64,000 nucleotides of DNA, from NCBI GenBank assembly GCA_047285535.1, contig JBJBDC010000001.1:1184136-1248135 (forward strand). Direction: 5' to 3'. The notes under the pieces are model-generated. The model saw only the letters and a list, made by a program, of their open reading frames with translations. It searched no databases and was not told where the DNA came from. The position numbers and the translations under genes were made by a program. Positions 58,697 to 64,000 of the stretch are shown piece by piece. The DNA comes from Synechococcus sp. GTDB lineage: Bacteria; Cyanobacteriota; Cyanobacteriia; PCC-6307; Cyanobiaceae. Position 1 is the stretch's first letter. Every line of letters starts with the position of its first letter.

Positions 58697-58763
58697 GATT
58701 CTTGGGCTCCTTCACCCATCCTGCAGCTCTTTTGGTCACAATGTCGTTAATGCACGGGCACAA

Positions 58764-59324
58764 ATGAACGAGCTCATTTCGCCCGGAAGTCTGATAACAA
58801 TCGCAGGCGGTGTTCTTACCGTGGTTGGATCTTTGGCCTATGGCGCTGGGAATGCAAATCTCAGCCTTCCAACAATTTTTTATGGCATTCCCATTCTGCT
58901 AGGAGGGCTTGCTCTCAAATCATCGGAACTTCCGCCAGCTCGCCGAGTCACACCCAAGAAACAATTACGAGCGGAGCGTGAAGCGGCACCTCCTGAACTT
59001 GTCAAATTGCTCAACGACGTAACGAGATGGCGTTACGGGCAGAAAGCCCACTTGGAGTCTTCTCTCGAGGCCCTCAAGTTATGGGACGAGGACAAGCCTT
59101 CTCAACTGATGGAAATCGAAGAGATCAAGAGCAAAACAGGCTATGGGCTCAGATTACGATTTGCTTGCGAGGCTGTAGGGCTCGAACGTTGGCAAGAGCG
59201 CCGCGAGAGATTGGGGCGTTTTTTTGCAACTGGCCTAGAGGCTGAAATCACGCCGCTCGCAAACGATCAACTCGATTTGACGTTGCTTCCTAAGGGTGAC
59301 TCCACGAAAGGAGAGCATGGTTAA
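58764..59324 (+). CDS. DUF2854 family membrane protein
   Basis: [37 protein letters not shown]. Confidence 0.85.
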   Translation: MNELISPGSLITIAGGVLTVVGSLAYGAGNANLSLPTIFYGIPILLGGLALKSSELPPARRVTPKKQLRAEREAAPPELVKLLNDVTRWRYGQKAHLESSLEALKLWDEDKPSQLMEIEEIKSKTGYGLRLRFACEAVGLERWQERRERLGRFFATGLEAEITPLANDQLDLTLLPKGDSTKGEHG

Positions 59325-59341
59325 TCCTGAGCACATGCCCC

Positions 59342-60199
59342 ATGGATGATTCCCTACGGGTCTCAGTCCTGAGCGAGGCCCTTCCCTACATCCAGCGCTT
59401 CGCCGGACGGCGCATTGTGGTCAAGTACGGCGGAGCCGCAATGGTCCACGCTGAATTACGCGATGCCGTGTTCCGCGACATCGCGTTATTAGCCAGTGTC
59501 GGGGTTCAGCCAGTCGTGGTTCATGGCGGAGGCCCGGAGATCAACACCTGGCTGACACGACTTGAAATTCCTTCTGAATTTCGTGATGGCTTGCGCATCA
59601 CCGATGCCGAAACGATGGATGTCGTTGAGATGGTTCTCGTAGGCCGCGTGAACAAGCAGATCGTCAACGGTCTGAACCGGCTGGGCGCACGAGCCGTAGG
59701 CCTAAGCGGTAGTGACGGACTGTTGGTTGAGGCTCGTCCATGGGGCGATGGAAGTCACGGTTTGGTTGGCGATGTGGCTCGGGTGAATCCAGATGTCCTG
59801 GAGCCGCTCCTGGCAAGGGGATATGTTCCGGTCATTTCAAGCGTGGCTGCCAACCCGGAGGGAGAATCTCACAACATCAATGCGGACACTGTTGCCGGTG
59901 AGCTCGCAGCAGCACTTGAAGCTGAAAAATTGATTTTGCTGACAGATACCAAGGGAATTCTTCGTGATCAGGAGAATCCCGATTCCCTGATCCGACAACT
60001 CAGGCTTTCGGATGCAAGGCAATTGATCCACGAAGGAGTTGTTGCAGGTGGGATGACACCTAAAACAGAATGTTGCATTCGTGCCTTGGCTCAGGGTGTA
60101 GCTGCCGCTCACATCGTTGATGGTCGCGTCCCCCATGCGCTTCTCCTTGAAGTCTTCACCGATGCAGGAATCGGGACGATGGTTCTCGGCCGCGGATAA
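59342..60199 (+). CDS. argB: Acetylglutamate kinase
   Basis: [40 protein letters not shown]. Confidence 0.98.
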   Translation: MDDSLRVSVLSEALPYIQRFAGRRIVVKYGGAAMVHAELRDAVFRDIALLASVGVQPVVVHGGGPEINTWLTRLEIPSEFRDGLRITDAETMDVVEMVLVGRVNKQIVNGLNRLGARAVGLSGSDGLLVEARPWGDGSHGLVGDVARVNPDVLEPLLARGYVPVISSVAANPEGESHNINADTVAGELAAALEAEKLILLTDTKGILRDQENPDSLIRQLRLSDARQLIHEGVVAGGMTPKTECCIRALAQGVAAAHIVDGRVPHALLLEVFTDAGIGTMVLGRG

Positions 60200-60202
60200 T
60201 CC

Positions 60203-61297
60203 ATGACCGAAGCTCTGGCAGCCGCAGAAGCCGCTCTAGAGCGGGGAGATTACGGCCAGTGCATCGCATTGCTTGAGCCGATAGCAGAAGCCAATCCGAT
60301 CATGGAAAGCAAAGGAGCGGCGATCCGCATGCTGCTTGTCACGGCTTGGATGGGGAAAGGAGATGAGGACAAAGCGCTTAGGACCTGCCGAAAACTCACT
60401 CATTGCAAGGATCCCGAACTACGTACCAGAGCCCGTCAGTTGCTCGATGTACTCGAGGCACCAAGCCTGGCAAGACCTGCAAGCTGGTCGATGCAATTGC
60501 CAACCTTGGAGATGGATGCGCGTATCGGCCCACGTCCCAAGAGCTTGAATCGCCGCAAATTACCGCCGCCACCGCCATCCCCCCCGACTGGACCAACCCG
60601 TGCCCCCGCTGCTGGCTTTGCCATTCTTGTGATCATCGTGCTGGGGGGACTAACACTTTTATTAAGCGGTTGCGTACAAATCACCGCAGACCTCACCATC
60701 CCAGGTCCTAACAGAGTGAACATGGATTGGGAAATCAATAGCCGTAGTGGCCTCAGACTTCCCTGGCAGGAAGCATTCAGTCGGGAGCTCAGAGACACGA
60801 ACCTGCCCTGGCATATTCACAACTCAGAGAATGGCCGTCTTGAGGTAGAGGCGCCAACCATGAACAGTGAGGACGCGGCTGCGCTCCTAAGCCAAACGGT
60901 TGCAGCTGCTGGACACAGCGCAGGCTTGTCACTGCCAGCTCCAACACTCAGGCTTCAAGAGCGCAACTGGCTGGTAGGTCTCCACCAAGACCTCCTCCTT
61001 GAGCTCGATCTCAGCCCTCTTCAACAACTGAACGAACTAGAGATTGCGATAAGTCTTGGAGACCAATCGAGACGACTCCGTTTGCAGAGCAGTCCTGCCC
61101 TTGCAGTTCCAAACGAGCAGGGAATCATGATCTGGCCCCTCACCGTCGGCGTCAAGAATCGATTGCGATTGAGCCAATGGCGCTGGAGCCGGCTCGGTCT
61201 TGGAGGTCTCGCGATTTTGATACTTCTCGTGTTCAGTACCAGCCTGCAAATCCTTCGTCTGCAAATGGGTTTCGGCTATCCAGAATTACCGTCCTGA
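60203..61297 (+). CDS. DUF3153-like membrane protein
   Basis: TPR-like N-terminus, Pro-rich linker, LLLSGCV segment, C-terminal TM helix. Confidence 0.7.
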   Translation: MTEALAAAEAALERGDYGQCIALLEPIAEANPIMESKGAAIRMLLVTAWMGKGDEDKALRTCRKLTHCKDPELRTRARQLLDVLEAPSLARPASWSMQLPTLEMDARIGPRPKSLNRRKLPPPPPSPPTGPTRAPAAGFAILVIIVLGGLTLLLSGCVQITADLTIPGPNRVNMDWEINSRSGLRLPWQEAFSRELRDTNLPWHIHNSENGRLEVEAPTMNSEDAAALLSQTVAAAGHSAGLSLPAPTLRLQERNWLVGLHQDLLLELDLSPLQQLNELEIAISLGDQSRRLRLQSSPALAVPNEQGIMIWPLTVGVKNRLRLSQWRWSRLGLGGLAILILLVFSTSLQILRLQMGFGYPELPS

Positions 61298-61299
61298 TT

Positions 61300-63573
61300 T
61301 CACAGTTGAAGTGGATCTGGATCGACGGCGAGAGCCACGCCTCTTGGGAGTCCCTCCCATAGGGAGCTACCAGACGGCAGAGGCAATGCAGCAGCCTGTG
61401 GTCCATGCAACAACAACTGCCAGCGACTGCGACCAGCAACCCTTGCCACTGGAGCTGGAGCTGGACCGATGAGCTGCCAACCAGCGGTCGCGCAACTGGG
61501 ACGCAGTTGTTCAGCCAGCACGGCGGCGGCTGTTGCAGTTGAGGAAGCCGAAGTCCCGGACAATCGAAGTAGGCAAGCCCTGGCATAGGGCACCAATCCG
61601 GCGTCTCTTCGTTCCCGAGCTTCCTCCTCCAGAAAACGCTCATAACGACCATTAACCAGATGCAAAATCACTGGATGATCAGGGCTGTAGGTCTGCACTA
61701 AAACCTGCCCAGGACGCTTTCCGCGCCCGGCCCGGCCGGCAAGTTGCAACAGCAACTGAAGGGCTTGCTCCCCAGCACGGAGATCGGGACGATGCAAAAG
61801 GCCATCAGCCGCAAGTACCGCGGCAAGAGTGACGCGAGGGAGGTCCATACCTTTCGCAAGCATTTGGGTCCCAACCAGCACATCAGCTTCTCCAGCCGCA
61901 AACTGATCCAACAGACGACGATGTCCATCGCGACCACCAGTCGTATCTCGATCAAAGCGCAACAGACGCAAGCCTTCCAACTCAGTCTCGAGCTTTTCCA
62001 ATACCTTCTGGGTGCCAGCCCCAAAGGGCTTAAACGCCGAAGAACCACAGTGGCCACAGTTGGAGGTGACCGGGGCTCGATAGTCACACCAATGGCAGCG
62101 AAGCCACTGATGCCCAGTACTTTTCCCATGAACGGTTAGCGCCACATCACAGTGCGGACACTGCACCACCTCACCACAGCTGCGACAACTCAAAAACGTG
62201 CTGTATCCACGACGGGGCACGAGCACCACAGCCTGTTCTCCTCGTTCAGGAAGTTTCGCCAATCGATCCATGAGCGCCCTGCTGATTAACCGCCGATGGC
62301 CATCAGCGAGCTCATGACGCATATCGACGATTTGCACAGGCGGCAAAGGCTGGTCAGAGATGCGCTGCTGAAGACGAGCCAAAGCCAATGGCCCATCGGG
62401 TGCCAACTGAATCCATGTGTCAAGCGAAGGCGTTGCACTTCCGAGCAAGACGCGACCTCCCTCTCTTTGAACCCTTGCCATCGCCAGGTCACGAGCGTGA
62501 TAGCAGGGCATCGGAGACTCCTGCTTATAGGAACTGTCATGCTCCTCGTCCAACACAATCAACCCCAGAGGGCAAAGCGGAAGAAAAATGGCAGAACGCG
62601 TTCCAACAACCACGAGAGGGCCGTCGGCCTCCAAGCTGTTACGCCAGGTTCGAACCCGTTCTCCCACAGCACAACCGCTGTGATATTCGAGCACCCGAGA
62701 GCCAAATCGACGGCGACAGCGATCAACCAGCTGAGGGATCAGACCAATTTCAGGAGTCAGCACCAAGACATGCCGACCAGCCGCCAACTCTTCCGCCGCC
62801 AGCTGGAGGTAAACCTCGGTTTTTCCCGACCCAGTAATCCCCCAAAGCAGTACTCCCCCACCCTCCGGCTGATCGTGGAACGTATCAATCGCTACACGCT
62901 GCTCCTCGGTGAGATGTCTGGGGACCTCAAGTGGCTGAAGCAATCCCGCTGCATTTGACGTGTGAACAGCCTCAGGGGCTGGACGCAACTCTCGAACCAG
63001 CCGATCTCGACGAATAAGAGCCTGCACGATGGCTGACTGGAAACCAGCCGCTCCTAGATCTCGCTGCCAAGCTCCACCACCTAACTCCTGCAAGGTGGCC
63101 ACTAAGGCCGCCTGTCTTGGAGGTAAATTCTCATCCAAACTGGCATCGTTATTGTTTAAAGCGACCCACCAAAGCCTGCGTTCCTTGATGGTTTGCATAA
63201 CGCGCTGACCAAGCCAGCCAGGAGGGAGAGCTGCTTTCAGCATTCGGAAAGGACTGGTGTGACAGTGCTGTGCCATCTCTTCCAGCCACAGTCTCCACGC
63301 TGGTCCCACCGCAGCCTGTTGAAGTAATGCTTCAACAGGCTGGAGCGCACAATCCTCAAGTTGAGTTCGACAAGCTGTGACCAAACCATGAAGGCGACGC
63401 CCCCGAAGAGACACCTGAACAAGGTCACCTAAGTGGACATCAAGCTTTTTGCGATCGCAGTAACTGAACGTGCGACCATCCCGACCAGCCTCTAGCCAAA
63501 CATCAACCACCACTAGACCTGGCGGCGGTCGTCCTGAATTTTTTGAAAGGTCGGTTGCTGGGGTTGCGTTCAT
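61300..63573 (-). CDS. priA: Primosomal protein N' (helicase)
   Basis: GITGSGKTEVY, PEIGL, DEEHD, SATPS, four CxxC motifs, GTQMLAKGMD, Q.AGRAGR. Confidence 0.98.
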   Translation of the reverse strand: MNATPATDLSKNSGRPPPGLVVVDVWLEAGRDGRTFSYCDRKKLDVHLGDLVQVSLRGRRLHGLVTACRTQLEDCALQPVEALLQQAAVGPAWRLWLEEMAQHCHTSPFRMLKAALPPGWLGQRVMQTIKERRLWWVALNNNDASLDENLPPRQAALVATLQELGGGAWQRDLGAAGFQSAIVQALIRRDRLVRELRPAPEAVHTSNAAGLLQPLEVPRHLTEEQRVAIDTFHDQPEGGGVLLWGITGSGKTEVYLQLAAEELAAGRHVLVLTPEIGLIPQLVDRCRRRFGSRVLEYHSGCAVGERVRTWRNSLEADGPLVVVGTRSAIFLPLCPLGLIVLDEEHDSSYKQESPMPCYHARDLAMARVQREGGRVLLGSATPSLDTWIQLAPDGPLALARLQQRISDQPLPPVQIVDMRHELADGHRRLISRALMDRLAKLPERGEQAVVLVPRRGYSTFLSCRSCGEVVQCPHCDVALTVHGKSTGHQWLRCHWCDYRAPVTSNCGHCGSSAFKPFGAGTQKVLEKLETELEGLRLLRFDRDTTGGRDGHRRLLDQFAAGEADVLVGTQMLAKGMDLPRVTLAAVLAADGLLHRPDLRAGEQALQLLLQLAGRAGRGKRPGQVLVQTYSPDHPVILHLVNGRYERFLEEEARERRDAGLVPYARACLLRLSGTSASSTATAAAVLAEQLRPSCATAGWQLIGPAPAPVARVAGRSRWQLLLHGPQAAALPLPSGSSLWEGLPRGVALAVDPDPLQL

Positions 63574-63894
63574 GACACGTTTTTTTTAAGATAAGAGAGT
63601 TGGACAGCTCATAAGCTGTAGTTGGAACAAGCAGAGTTCCTTCCAAAGGGAAGATCCGCAGCTCGTGCCATGGGATTCCATGATGCCGACCGGTCTGAGA
63701 ATGCCCTTGACAGTTCTGCATCGGACCAAACCAGCCCTTTTAATTTTGCCTAACGCTCCGCGTTTTTCTTTGCTCCCCTTTTTCCTTTTGAAAAGGTGAT
63801 GCCGTTACGGCATGCGCCCATCATTTGGGTTTATTGCTTTGACTGTTGATGACATTCGCTTCTTGCCCCGATCGCTCCTTCGCTACTGACCGCC

Positions 63895-64000
63895 ATGAGT
63901 CCCGCTGCGACCAAATTGGCTCAGGCCACATCCAAACCAAGCCCTTCAATCATCATGCTGGCCGATGAGAAAGGTCAGCCCAAAGCGGTAAAAGCCAAAA
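63895..64000 (+). CDS. rpoD: Probable N-terminus of principal sigma factor RpoD/SigA (truncated by window)
   Basis: MSPAATK...IIMLAD.KGQ.K.VKAK resembles the picocyanobacterial SigA N-terminus, divergent from priA. Only 35 codons are visible. Confidence 0.65.
   Translation, partial: MSPAATKLAQATSKPSPSIIMLADEKGQPKAVKAK

Overview
Gene-dense core chromosome of a marine picocyanobacterium, Synechococcus-like by gene content and order. It runs CRR6, sdhCAB, tauE, lplA, M50 protease, trpF, folE, SDR, accA ... creatininase, rps1b, tab2, pgeF, ilvB, hemH, cobO, pyrH, frr, tal, ftsI, lepB, ppa, proS, psb27, purA, cobK, argB, priA and the start of rpoD. The standout is an ~11 kb, visibly more AT-rich block between accA and the creatininase gene. 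It encodes a complete 2888-aa olefin synthase-type PKS (FAAL-ACP-KS-AT-KR-ACP-sulfotransferase-thioesterase, Ols/CurM-like), a coupled DUF6208-like gene and an Sfp-type PPTase. The block sits where marine Synechococcus/Prochlorococcus normally carry the ado-aar alkane genes, which are absent here. This suggests in-situ replacement of alkane synthesis by terminal-alkene synthesis. Signs of gene erosion include a decayed cutA, a truncated IlvB zinc-ribbon tail and ORF-less AT-rich spacers. No rRNA, tRNA, CRISPR array or IS element was recognised. All calls come from reading motifs and recalled synteny; no database searches were run.
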